A stretch of DNA of 64,000 bases from Raillietiella orientalis (lineage: Eukaryota), in contig JAYWIR010000052.1 in the NCBI GenBank assembly GCA_036172245.1, forward strand, positions 744,001 through 808,000, read 5' to 3'. Of this stretch, positions 25,371 through 37,027 are shown one piece after another. Both the position numbers and the translations under genes were made by a program. Every line of letters begins with the position of its first letter. Positions within the stretch are counted from its first letter, which is position 1. A model generated the notes under the pieces. It made no database searches. It saw nothing but the letters and a program-made list of their open reading frames with translations, and had not been told where the DNA came from.

Positions 25371-28300
25371 CTGTCTTATTTTCCCGGTGTCTCCAGCAAT
25401 CCTCTGGTGAAGGGCCCTGCCCGATGGCGACGTGCTCCATGGTGACCGACGCATTTTCCGACATCCCGTTTCTCCCCCTTCTCTCCTGCGCTCAGCAAGT
25501 GCGTGGAGCGCAAGGGCGAGTGCATCCGGCTTCAGGGGTCCGACCTGCACCATCCCCGGAACTGATATGGGGAAGGATGAATCTATTCCGCCTTCTTTAA
25601 GGCAAACTACAAGTTAAACACACTCAAAGAAAACTCTACTATTCTACGCACTATTCTAGTTGCATTTTCCTCAAGGGAGGATGAGGAATGATTCCGACTG
25701 TCCGGACGTAATCGTCAATTTTCTTCGAAACGTAGCGATCCTTCCACAATTCCTAATCTCTATCTCTTTTTGCATGCGTCCTTTGAGGAATTCCATGGCT
25801 GGTGTTCCTCGCTGGGGTTTTTGCCTCACTGACCCTCTCATAGCGACTGCTGTGATGAGGAGGGCAAGTGTGGTTTGTACCATAGAAAGTGCACTGGGGT
25901 ACGCTTCCATTCCCCTGAAACCATCCTGACAGGATTCCTAGTTTGGCGTTGTCCTGCAGGTCAAGCGCCGCCTTAATCGCTTGCCGGTCAGGTCGAAGAA
26001 TGGGGCAGGTGAACTCGTGGCAGCTGCATTTCTTCGGCCCTGCACGCCTTGCAGAGTCCATCTTGAAGTCTGAAGCTGCTCGGGATCTCTCCGTGATAGA
26101 ACAACAGGAGGTCATCCGAGTGCTCGGGGAAGGTCACTCGTACAAAGTGCATCTCCAACTGTCTCCAACTGGCTCCAGCTGCATTGGAACATCCATAGCG
26201 GCTTGAAGATGCATCGAGGGCATCATCGTCTTGATATTCTTTCAAGGTTTCTTCTTTTATGTTGGTTTTGGTTGGGGTTTGACCCTCATGAGGTCACAAG
26301 GGGAACTGGTCGGCGAGAAGGGGAGCTGAACACCACAAGGAAGTCGCTGGCAAGGTGGCGTCTGGGACGGAGGAATTCCTCCAGTTTTGCCACCTGCGTT
26401 TTATGCGTGTGTGTGTGTGTTTTTTTTGATCGCCGGGAACGGAGGGCCTTTGGCTGTTGAATTCCCGCCCCCCTCTCCGCCGGGGTACGGGTGCCCACCG
26501 ACCGACTGCCGACTAGCAGACCTCTGCCGAGGCCGAAGGACGCTCTTGGCAGGCGGCGGCGGCAACGGCAGCAGCAGCATCAGCAGCAAGGAGAAGAAGA
26601 GGACGGGACTTAGCCGAGTCTTGGTTCGAGGTCGCCGCCGTCCGGCGCGACTGGAAGCGTCGCGAGCGCCCGGCAGGTATCGTGGCGGCGGTGTCGCTTC
26701 GAAGAAGCCAGCGGTCGGCCCCGAGCGGCGTCGTCCGAAGACTGAGACGGCCGGATGTGACCACTCACTCCCGGAAGCCTCCTGCGGTGGTCTTCCGAAA
26801 CGCTCGAAGCCCTCGGACGGGCTATCTCGGCTCCTCGGAGCGCCGGTTGGCCCGACCTCCCGTTTTCGGGAGGTCAAGCCATCCGAGCGCATTCTCCGGG
26901 GGACCTCTTCGGAGGACCTCCACGCGCCGCATGCCTTCCCAGCCCCGCGACCCCTTCCAGCCTTCCATCCGCGCGTGAACGCAGCGGGACCCGGGCGCTC
27001 CTCCCGAGCGCGTACGGGGGGAGGAAGGAGGGGAAGATTTTTTTCCCTTGTGCCTGTCCCCGTGACCTCCGAAGGGTCCGCGCTTGTGACTGATCCCGGT
27101 GTGACTCCTTGTCGTGACCCTTTCCTCCCGCGTGGTGTCTTCGACCCCGACGAAAGCGGAGCTGCCGCTGCCTTCAGCGATACCGACTTCGAGTTGGCTC
27201 CAAAGGGAAGCAACGCCGCCCAAGGATCGATGGCTCTCGTCTCTAAGAGGAAGCCCTCCCCATTCTCGACCGCGAAAGGCCTTCCTCTCAGAAGTTGGCG
27301 GAGATGGAGGGGGGCGGCCGCGGCGAAAGAGCGGCGTGACTCGCTGCGCCAGCGAGCCTCCCACGTGACCTGCCTTGCTACCGCTGGTGGCCCCGTCGGA
27401 GACCCTTGAAAAGCAGCGGGGAAACTGCGCCCTCGATGAGGCAGTGGAGGTCACCCGCTCGGGAGGGAGGGGGAAGAAACGCGTCCTTCGCCCTTCTGGA
27501 CCACGCGGGAGGAAATGGAGGCCGTGCCACTGCCGGGTTCCTCGAGTTCTGTCCTGGAAGGTGTGTCCGAGGGGGTCACGAAACCCCTCCAGAAAGATCT
27601 ATGTGGAATCCAGAAGGCTTCCAGGCGACCCTCCGTCTCCTTGGCAACAAGGTGAGGCGACGGGACCTCCTTGCCGCCGCTCCCGTTTGGCTCCCTTTCG
27701 CAACGCGAACACATTGCCCAAGGGGAGCGGTCGTTCTGCTGAATGTCCAGGGTTGGAGCGGCTAGAGCGGCAGCACGTGACCCCTGGACACCGACCAGAG
27801 GGAGAACTGCGGATCCAGAAGACTTTTCTTCAGCTTCTCCCTCTCCGCAGGCAGCGACCTTCCCGAGCCCCGCAGGTGTACCGGTCGCCCTCCGTGGAGG
27901 GGGGGGGACGCGGAGGAAGGAGCGATCCGTCCCCAGGGCTCATCTTGGGAGGAACCTCTGACCACCGCTCCGGACGGGACAGGGAGTTCCCCCCTGCCTT
28001 CACCTTTTTCCTCCGACCCACGGGCTCTGCATCCGCCCCTTCGTCCACGCCATCCTTGCGCGCGCTGGGCGGCGGCGGGCCAAAGGGAAAGGGAGAAAGG
28101 GTGCCGCCACTGGGACGACTGGCGCGCGCGTTTGGTCAGGTCCGCGTCACGAAGGGTCTCCTGGGCTGTGCGCATCCCGCTCTCTTCCCGGAGGCTGCCC
28201 GCCCGCAGGCATGCGCACACCCTCGTTTTGTCGATGCGGTTGCGTGACGCGGGGGCGCACGCACACGCAGCGCGTTCCTCCCGGGACGACCCGCCAGGCT

Positions 28301-30862
28301 TTCCGTAATTGCCAGGATCGACTCAAATTGCTTTCCCCGGAAGGAAATCCCGATAGGGAGGAGGCAGCGTGGGGGGAGAAGGTGTTCCGCTCCCCTGTGC
28401 CATCCCTCCGCCGCCGGCGAGGAGCTCCCGCTGGCCCCAGGAGGGGATGGCACGCCCAAGCTCCTTTGCAGCCTTCCTTAGCCCCCCACTTTCACCGACC
28501 TACCCTCTGATGCGTGCCTGGGAACTCCCCTCTCCCGTAATGCGTCCGCCGGAAGCTGCGGGGGGCGGCGGCGAACGGCATCGCAGCGCCGTCTGGCGAG
28601 GAGCAACCGCCGCCGCTGGAGGGACCATCTCCGCCCGCTCCTGGCGCGCGCGTCCGTGTGACTGTTGCGTAGTGTCGGGAAAGCCACCTGCCCACAGCCC
28701 GAGGAAGGAGACTCGAAGCGAAGGGAGGGAGGGGAGAGCTCTGGGGCTCCTCAGGTCGGGACTTCCGGCATCCTGGTCTTCGCTTTCCCGCTCGAATCCC
28801 CGTCGCTCCCTGGCGACCGTCCCGTGCGCCGGTCGCAGGCGTGCAGCCAAGTCTGGAAAGTGCGCGCGCGAGGTGGCCCGTGTCCATGCGACGCTGGTCG
28901 CTCCCCTGACGGGAAGGGCCGGCCCAGAAGGGCGTAGGCGAGCGTTGCTGCCGGCGGATCGCCCACAAACCGCCTCTTCCTTGGAAGCAACCCTCACGCC
29001 GAGGCTTAAGTCCGTGGCCCTACGCCCACGAATCCAGAGCGCGCCCTCGCTTCGGCCTGAACTCAATGGCGGTCAGCTCTGCCTAGCGAGGCGAATCCGG
29101 AGGGCACGCCGGCATGGTTCCGCAGCGGCTCTTGCGTGCTGCAGACGGGTGGCAGGGGCCGGCTGCGGAGGCGGAAGACGGGTCAGGTCACCTGGAATCG
29201 GCTGTCTCCCTTAGAGGCTTCTCCCAGGACATCTGGCACTCTCTGAAGAGGGAGGGGGAACGGGCATCCCCATTCGGCGAAGCAGGTGAACCGGTGACCT
29301 CCACCAATTCCTATTATCGAGCTTCGGAAGTTCGGCTCGCTCAAACGCCCAAGCCCGGGCTGCCGGAGCCACGCACAGTGGGCCCGCATCATCGGTGAGG
29401 GCGAAAAGCCAGGCTGCTGCGCCCAAGGCGACGCTCTTCGGGCCCGGCATCCGGTGGAAGGCGCCGGTTGCTAAGGGCGACCCCTGATGAGACTCGTTCT
29501 CGGAAGCGGCCGCCCCTAGGAAGGGACGGCGCTCAAGCGTCCAGCTTACACCCAGACCCCGGGGCAATGACCCTTCCCTGCCCGCTCAGTGGTGTTCATC
29601 CCATACTTCTACTCAGGGTTCTGGAATGGAGAAGTAGTCCACTAGAACGTCCTCCGTACACGACGAGGTAGTCCGAGAAGATCCTGGGTCGCAAGGCATC
29701 CCAGGTCACATACCTGGGGTGGCTGACGGCGCGGCCGACGGGTCAACCAGGGGTCCAACGGTCGTCCAGGCGGTTCTTTCCAGCCGAAGAAGGGTGGACC
29801 CACTGAGAAGGATGGACTCTGGGACCACATGTCTGCGGAGGTAGCAGGGCAGAGAGGAGGTGGGAGGTGAAGACGCCGACGACTGGAGCCCCGCCTTCTT
29901 CCCCGAGGGGGTCCCGGCACCAGCAGGAAAAGGGGGAAGACCTTCGGGACTCCCTCGCGGTCTCGCGGCGGCGCCAGGCGAAACGCACCGGGGAAGAAGA
30001 AACGGCGCATCCCAGCGCCCCAGGACTCCACTCTGGGAGCGCCGGAGACCCACGGAGTAGCAAAGTCCACGTGCGTCCTACAGTCCACGTGGAGCCGGGT
30101 CTCCGCGCGAGCGGCACTATTAAGGCCCGCCATGTCTTGCAGTACGAGAGAACAGTCGAGGAGATCCCGCTGCAAGGACCAAACGAACCAGAGCGAGGCA
30201 GGGGGGGAGGGAAGTAAAGGGAAGGAGCCTGGCTGGCGTTCATCTCTGGGAAACAGCCACCCCCGATCCTGCAAGGATCCGGGATCGACTTCCCTCCTCG
30301 GCACCTCAGAGCCGAAGGCACCTTTGTGCGTTGAGTGGCAAAGGCAAGACCCCGAACCCCTTCCCTTCCCCGAGTCAAGCGCCGCGGACCCTTTCGTCTC
30401 TTCCAACGACAAGCCGGGAATTCCTGGGTCGTCCGGCCACCAGCATTCTGCACAGCGAAGGTGAGCAACGGAACAAAAATGGAAGGAGAAGAACAGGGAT
30501 TTGTGGGAAGCGAAAGTTTGCAGCTGCGTCTTCCTCTATCCCGCAATATCTTCCCCCCTTTCCTCCCCCCTTCTTTTTTCCTGTTTTGCTGGCGTTCTTG
30601 GTACACAGAAGAGAACGAAGCGCGATGCCGAGTCGCTCCTGTCCCTCAGCTTCGAGCGGAGGCAGAGATTCCCGGATCCTCCTCGCTACCACCTGATGCT
30701 TCAGTGGGCGCGATTCCCTCCAAACAAACAAACAAAAAAACCGATGCGAGATCCGTCTGCGGTAACGTTCGCGGCCGCTCGCCGGCGTCTTTGTGAGCTT
30801 CGGGCTTTGACCGGCAGATGGGAGCGTGGCGGATGCCGACACGGCGTGGTTCTCCTGCCCGC

Positions 30863-31736
30863 GTCGGAGGCTTTGTGGTTAAGGCTTCCGCGCGTGGCAC
30901 CATGCGCCGCGGGTTCGAATACTCCGGCAGAAACTGACATCACTGCGTCGATGGGTGCCGAGTTTCTCCTGCAATGGCGCTGGTTGGCCGAGACATTCGG
31001 GCGTGGCACAAGGGGTCTTTTAAGCCGCAGGCCCCCGATGAAGGCCAGAACGACGGGAGTCGACCTTCGGGTCCTCCCAGGAATCGAGGAGTGGGGAGTT
31101 CCCCCTCCGGTCATACAACGGAGAGCGGACCCCCCCACCGGGGGACCCCTCCGGTTTCAAGATGGAGCAGGAGCCTTCACAGGCACCTCTCCAGTTGTTT
31201 AAAGGAGCGGACCCTCCCCGTTACGGGGGGACCCTCCGAGTCGCCGCCTTTCCAGAAGAGTGCAAGGAAGCAAACGCGATCCCCCTGCGGGAAGCTGCAG
31301 AGCCCCTTCTGAGTTTCGGAAACGTCCCTTCGGGGTTCTCTTCAGAGGAATGAACAGGAGCGGTTCCCTTGCGGGTTCCCTCCGGAGAAGAAATTCCTAC
31401 AAGCGGATCCTTTCCGGGTTTCCTTCGGAGAAGATGAAATGGAGAGGAACACTTCCTTGCGGGGTCCCTCCGGAGAGAACGAGGAAGGAGATTCCCTTCG
31501 GGATTCCCCTTCGGAGGCAACCAGGGTGGGAGGTGCGATCCCTCCCCTCCCCAAGCGTGAGAGAAACGGACTCCGAGCTTTCCTGGATTCATGGGGCGGA
31601 CCCCCTTCAGGAGTGCACTCCTATCTTGAAGAATAACACGCACCCTCCGCGGATGGCGTGGAACAGTGTTAAAGAGCCACGTGCACCGCGAGGCACGCGA
31701 CCGGCTCTTGAGGTACTTAGCGAACCAAAAAAAAAA
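30863..31736 (+). mobile_element. Longest copy (~870 bp) of a tRNA-headed SINE-like element with an internal twin-hairpin array and poly(A) tail
   Basis: Head GTCGGAG...TGGTTAAGG (A-box-like)...GGTTCGAAT (B-box)...CTCCGGCA with acceptor-stem-like pairing; five units TCCCTTSG(G)GGTTCCCTYCGGAG at 31324-31519; ends GGTACTTAGCGAACC(A)10; homologous copies at 15.4, 35.5/36.8 and 51.3-51.8 kb. Confidence 0.75.
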
Positions 31737-32229
31737 GAAAACCTGAAAAACTTGAAAAAAAATGCTGGAAGGGATCAAACAGCGAAGAGAGACCCAAAAG
31801 GATTTCCATAATCCCTAAGGACAGTAGGGTTTCCGCGACCGGCTCTTGAGGTTGTCCTGATCGGGTCTGCAGATCCCGAGTGGGAGCGGAGGAAACCTGG
31901 AGCGCGCGCGGGCCTCAGTCGCCTCTCCCCACCAGGAGACACCCCTGTCTTTGACGAGTCGAATTTCGGATCAGATTCTTCCGCTGTGGGAGATGAAGTG
32001 CATCATTGCCACAGCCTCCTTGCCCAGATCGGTTTCCATAGATTCACGGCCGTTCCAGAAATCTCACCCTCGCCCGTTCCGCCCCAGGATCGTCGCGGAG
32101 AGGCCCGAAATTTGGTTAGGAAGGCTCGCACGGGCTTTCCAGGCGACTGCCATCTTTTTCAAGGAGAGGAGAGAAGAGAGAAAGGCTAGGGGGGAAAAGG
32201 GGGGTGGAAGATTTTGCGCTTTACTTGGC

Positions 32230-32792
32230 GCTTTCTGGTCCTCCTTCAGGGTTCCTCGGGACGAAGGTCTTCTTCACCTCAGCAGGCTGGTCGCCGTCTC
32301 CGAGTTTGTGGCGATAGACGCCTGCGTCGGACGGAGCCTACAGAAGTTCGCCTCGGGCCACATCGAAACTGCAAGGCGGAAGAGCAGCACGGCCGAGCAC
32401 CCAGCTGTTGTCCCCTCTGAGGACGCTGCCAGGTGCTAGGTGACCTCGTCTGGAAGCGGAAGTCAGTGCGGCGATCGCCGGCTGTGAAAAGAGGGAGCGG
32501 CCCGGTAACCCGCTACCCCCTCCCTGCCCCTTATTTATTTACCTTTCTGTCCTCTCCCACCCATGTCCCGGACATTCCACGTTTTCCTTTCTTTTTCTAG
32601 AAGGAAAGGGACTAACCAGAGACCCGTGTCCCCATTCTGTCCTTCACTTACTCTCCCCTCCCTCCCGTCCCGAGTGTCGGTGTACTGTTCCCGTGAACTT
32701 CTTTGATCTTCGGCTGGAAACTCCAGTTTTCCTACCGGTTTCTTTTCTTTTTTTTCTTATTAAATAAACGCCCCTGGGCGTGACCGGGTGAG
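32230..32792 (+). mobile_element. LINE 3' end remnant (UTR plus conserved terminal motif)
   Basis: Pyrimidine-rich UTR ending AATAAACGCCCCTGGGCGTGACCGGGTG (32763-32790); upstream coding similarity not resolved. Confidence 0.55.
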
Positions 32793-33439
32793 AAAGTTTT
32801 CAAGCGGATTCATTCCTAAGAAACCAGGCAAGAGTTTTCCCTACTCGTGGCGTTCCAGACGAAGCTCAAAGTTCTTCTAAACGGTACCGTCAGCAGCTAC
32901 GAAATGCGTGAAGAGCCGCACTCCGCTGGGACAGAATGGGAATCCCTTTGGCCTCGTCGCTTCCCTGTGCGGGTCACTCCTTACGCTCCGAGGATCGTTG
33001 CATGGAGAGGGAGGGAGGGAATTCGCTTTCCAGGAGATCGCCATTTTTTCAAGGAGAGGGGAGGGAAGGAGAAGGTTGGGGGGCGTGGACGAGGAAAGGG
33101 GGGGAGGGATATTTTGCTCTTCACTCAGCGCTTCCTCCAAGTTCTTCCCACAGGGTATGTCAGGACGCCCACGCGATTACGCACGCTCCAGGGATGTGTG
33201 TTCTCTTCGGGTCGCTGCTTTCCTGGATTTTCCTTTCTCCCCAATCGGATGCCATTTGCAGCAGAATAGGGCAGGAGAGCAGGAACGAAAAGGATGCCTT
33301 TAATTTCGTGGGGTTTCTCCAAGCCGAGGCGGTAACCAGGAAGCGATTACTTAAGGGATAATGATCTCGAGTCGGAACGCAGGACACAAAAAGTCCGCTG
33401 TCATTATTCTTCCGCGATGATACGCGGTGTCTTCATTTC

Positions 33440-33830
33440 CATGCTGCGTTATTAAAGATGGCGTGACTACCACTTGGAGGAGGATAACGATCCCGTGTCG
33501 ATCAAACAAAATCTTCGGGCACTGACTGACGCACCGGAGGCTTCCCGGCGCTCGTCGGGAAGGATTCACAGAAGATCCGATCTGCTAGCCCTTGATGAAA
33601 GGAGAAAGTATCCATGGGGACCAAGGACCCGCTGGCGAGAGAGCACCCCCGTCCCCTTTTGCACGAGAGATGGGATGCCTCGCGACAGGACAGGTCTACG
33701 GGTCCGGATCCGCGGGGTCTCCTTGCATCGAGCGCCGCCAGGCACACCGGTAGCAGTCACCTTGGAAACCTCCCCAGCGGACGGGCGCTCTCGATTTCGT
33801 CGGGTGCCGTTCCTGTATGGGGAACGGAGT
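33440..33830 (+). pseudogene. Highly degraded non-LTR reverse transcriptase remnant
   Basis: VIKDGVTTTWRRITIPCRSNKIFGH*LTHR resembles the RT K..xWRPIT....KIF...L..R segment; stops present. Confidence 0.4.
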
Positions 33831-35459
33831 GAATTCGGAAAACAGCTGCTGATTGATAAATCACCTATCCTCCCCTCGAAAAAAAAAAAAAAATGGTCCG
33901 GACGTTCCGTCTGACGGAGATTTTGAAACGACGTTACCTGGAGACAAAACAAAGAGGAGCTCATTCTGAAAGATCCTGGGTTCATTCGGGATGCTGGAGC
34001 GAAAGACGGAAAGGCGAGGGAGAGGCGTCCCTGGCGAAGCGACTCTTTGTCATCAACGGGGGAAAAGGAAAGGGGCACGTGCCTTCTTCGCGGTTTCCTC
34101 TCCGTCAGAGCCGATCCCGAAACCCGGAAAGTTCCCTCCGAGATGCTGCCAAAGCATCCTTCCTTTCGTGCGGCATCTCGCCGTGTTCCGAGCTCCGCGG
34201 TGACGCATCAGCGTTCCTTTTCTGCCCCACTCCACTCTTCTTGTTCCTTTTTTCTTTTTTTTTTTTTCTTTTTTTTTTTTACGGGGGGAGGGAGGTTTCA
34301 TGTGCCAACTGGCGGTGGAAAGGTGGAAGCTTCGAGGCACTACGGAGGAACGCAGGTTTGGTTCTTTCCTCCGGGAACCTTGGAAACTGCATGCCGTCTC
34401 TGCTGCTTCCCTTAATCCCGAAAACCTGCCAAGCAGTTGGTTCTGGACCAGCGGCGGCGAAACGAACGGAGGGTTCGTCGAAGACGTCCGTCTGTGCGGC
34501 ACCGGAGCGGTTGCATGCAGGTGCGGCGAGCGGAAGCTTGCCGCCAGCCATCGTCTCAGGAACGGGAAGTCGGAGCTGCAGGGAAACGGCCGCGATCACG
34601 CCCCAGGCATTTGAGGAATGGCCGTATGAGGACATACACGACCATGAATCATGGTCAAGACAACTCCCGGAAGTACCTCACTCCTCCGTACCTCGGAAGC
34701 TGCTAAGAAGGCACGGGAGTCGACCTCAGTCGTCTGGACTACGGTCAGTCAGAGAGCACTGCTGCAGCCAGGAGGAGGAGAAAGGAGGATGAAGGAAAGG
34801 AGAGCGAAAAGAGACTGAAGCTTACCGACCTCGCCGGGAAGCAGCTAGAGTCCAGGAGACCTTCGCCGCCCGCGAAAAAAACGACCAGTGGCGAACAAGA
34901 CAGGCGCAATCCCGATGTAATCCTCTGAGAAGTCCGCGGGAAGGTCTTGGCCTTGGCCGTGCGTGCGTAGGCTGACGTCGCCAGCCGCGGAAGTCAGCGG
35001 CTCCCTGGCGAACATCAGCAAGTCCTGGCGCGCGTGCGCATTTTGGATAGCCCGGGGGTACCGGCTTCCCGCAAAGACCTCCAGCTCTCCGCTTCCATCA
35101 TCGCGGCCGCCTTCCTCTACGTGATCCGCCTTGCCGAGGGTCATTCCCCCGCCTCGCCTGACCTCCTTGGTCTTCGGTTGTGGAAGGGAGCTCCCTCGAA
35201 AGCCACAGCAGATGCACCCCCAAGTCATCGGGAAGGCCCCACGCACCGAATCGAAATAGAAAGGGGCTCTTCCGATTGATACCACAGCAAGCGTAGTCAG
35301 GGATGGCCTTCCGCACCCCCCAGCTTTTTTTTTTTTTTTTTTCGTGTTTTCTTCTTTTTTTTTGGATCTCAAGGAGCGCTGAAGGACCGTTCGCCTCCTT
35401 ACGGGGCGCTCGCGAAGCTCATCAACGCTGCCCGCCCAGAAGTTCGTGTTGACCATGCA

Positions 35460-35985
35460 GGTTAGGGAGCAACCACATAGGGATCACCCTATGAATCCGG
35501 GAAGGTTCCGGAGGAAGGGGCCCGTTCCTCCCACGGTTCGGAAGGAACCCTTGCCCCGGTTGTCTTCGAAGAGAACTTTTCCTGATTCTCTCCGAAGGGA
35601 CCCTCCAGTTCGTGGGACCCACTCCAATGTCTCCTCCGGAGGGAATCATGCGGAAAGGATCTTCTCCCGAATTTCTTCCCCTGAGGGAACTCGCAAGCAA
35701 ACCGCTCCCTGTTTCCTCCTCTGGAGAGAACCTCGAAGGGACGCTTCCGAATTTTTCCTGAAGGGTCGCTCTCGAAGGGAGCAGTGCGCTTCTTAACACT
35801 CTGGAGAGGCAACCCCCCGAGAATGTATCAACCAGCCCCATGGTACGCAATGGAGGGGAACCCCGAAGGACTCCTTGATTCCTGGAAGGACCCGAAGAGT
35901 CGACTTCCCATCCCCACCCGTCAGTCTTTTCCCGGTCCGACTCGCGGTGGGCTGAATTTATTAAGGAGTCGTCTTGCATGCAGCA
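35460..35985 (-). mobile_element. Body of a hairpin-array SINE-like copy; its head lies at 36720-36870, separated by a LINE insertion
   Basis: Reverse complement aligns to 31060-31595 (GTCGACTCTTCGGGTCCTTCCAGGAATCAAGGAG... and about 5 hairpin units). Confidence 0.75.
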
Positions 35986-35989
35986 GACA

Positions 35990-36715
35990 CACACACGAAA
36001 ACACGCACCATCACTTTTGCGACCGCTGGGTCGCTTGCTAGGTCACTGCGGTCCGCGCAGTAAGACACCACACCGTCCTGGCCGCACAGCTTAATATTCT
36101 TAGGTGGTGCAGGAGAGTCCAGGATGGCGCTCCTTCGCCCGCGCGAATGTCAACTTCTCTTTTGAGGAGTCGTCGCAGGATGTCCCGGGCGTTGCTCGAG
36201 AAGCACGTCCTCAGCTTTGCCCTCCTGATGAGGATGCTCCTCAGGACCCCCTCCGGCCAGTCAACATCTCCGGCATCCCGGGGGTTTCCGGATTCCACCA
36301 GTGTCGCATCCCCAGCAGCACTTTGCTGCCCATGCGGCGTGACCAAGGACCATGGGGCAGCAACGCCAGAGGAGGATGTCAGGACGACAGGGACGCCATG
36401 TATTCTTCTGTCCTCTTCATGAGGATGGCGTCGAGATAGCCCCATCTGGGAGTCTTGAAACAGGAGCTTGCCGGCATCCTTACAAGGATACACCCTCCAG
36501 CGAGCAATGACCCACTCGCCATTTTTTTGACTGTATGTGTTTTGTTTTATTTTTTTTTCTTCTTGTGCGTCTTCCTCTTCCTCTGTGCCGCCGAGGCGAA
36601 CCCCGCTGGCCTGCGTACCGGTTCCTGGCAGGTTCCTTCTCGTGGCAGGATCAAACGTCCTGCCACAGACGTTCATCATTTATGAATAATCGCCCCGGCC
36701 GTGACCGGGTGTCAA
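35990..36715 (+). mobile_element. 3' fragment of the second L1/Tx1-like subfamily, inserted antisense into a SINE copy
   Basis: 36300-36715 is clearly homologous to the reverse complement of 24843-25270 (GTCTTGAAACAGxAxCTTGCCGGCATCCTTACAAGGATACA); terminal motif at 36685-36715. The 5' boundary is approximate. Confidence 0.8.
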
Positions 36716-36719
36716 CCAG

Positions 36720-36870
36720 TGTCTTGTAAGGCATCCTGCGGGGGGTAAAGGGGACTCGAAACTCATGGAGCATCCATTTCTCGGCGTCGATCCTTCCCCG
36801 GGAGAGGGATTCGAACCCGCAGCCGCCCAGCCGCCAGCACAGGCCGTCTGTTCCAGCCCTGGAAACGGCA
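36720..36870 (-). mobile_element. tRNA-like head of the SINE-like family
   Basis: Minus-strand GCGGGTTCGAATCCC B-box followed by GGATCGACGCCGAGAAATGG, matching 24736-24780. Confidence 0.65.
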
Positions 36871-36992
36871 CGAGTGCATGGTCAGGTCAACATATAATTT
36901 CTCCAGTTGAATAATTCACTGAATATCTTTCTGCCACTGAATATTTTCGCGAAACTCTGAAGCCGGTGATCCCCTTTCCAGCTCCGGGGAGG

Positions 36993-36994
<2 letters not shown>

Positions 36995-37025
<31 letters not shown>
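36995..37025. repeat. (GA)n microsatellite
   Basis: Read directly. Confidence 0.95.

Positions 37026-37027
<2 letters not shown>

Noticed and set aside
29480..29530. CTGATGA hammerhead core candidate
   Set aside because: Followed by GGAA rather than GAAA, and no convincing stems II/III.
28200..30200. Possible ORF1/gag-like remnants (LAARLRPAHGTV on minus; GIPGHIP on plus)
   Set aside because: Similarity too faint to separate from chance without profile searches.
30863..30929. Possible tRNA gene (also the B-boxes at 24.74, 36.81 and 51.76 kb)
   Set aside because: Anticodon and T stems do not pair properly and there is no oligo-T terminator; better explained as SINE heads.
31324..31519. Repeat-spacer appearance of the hairpin array (CRISPR-like)
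   Set aside because: Repeats are degenerate, spacers are only ~10-20 nt, there are no cas genes, the context is eukaryotic, and the array is embedded in a dispersed repeat.
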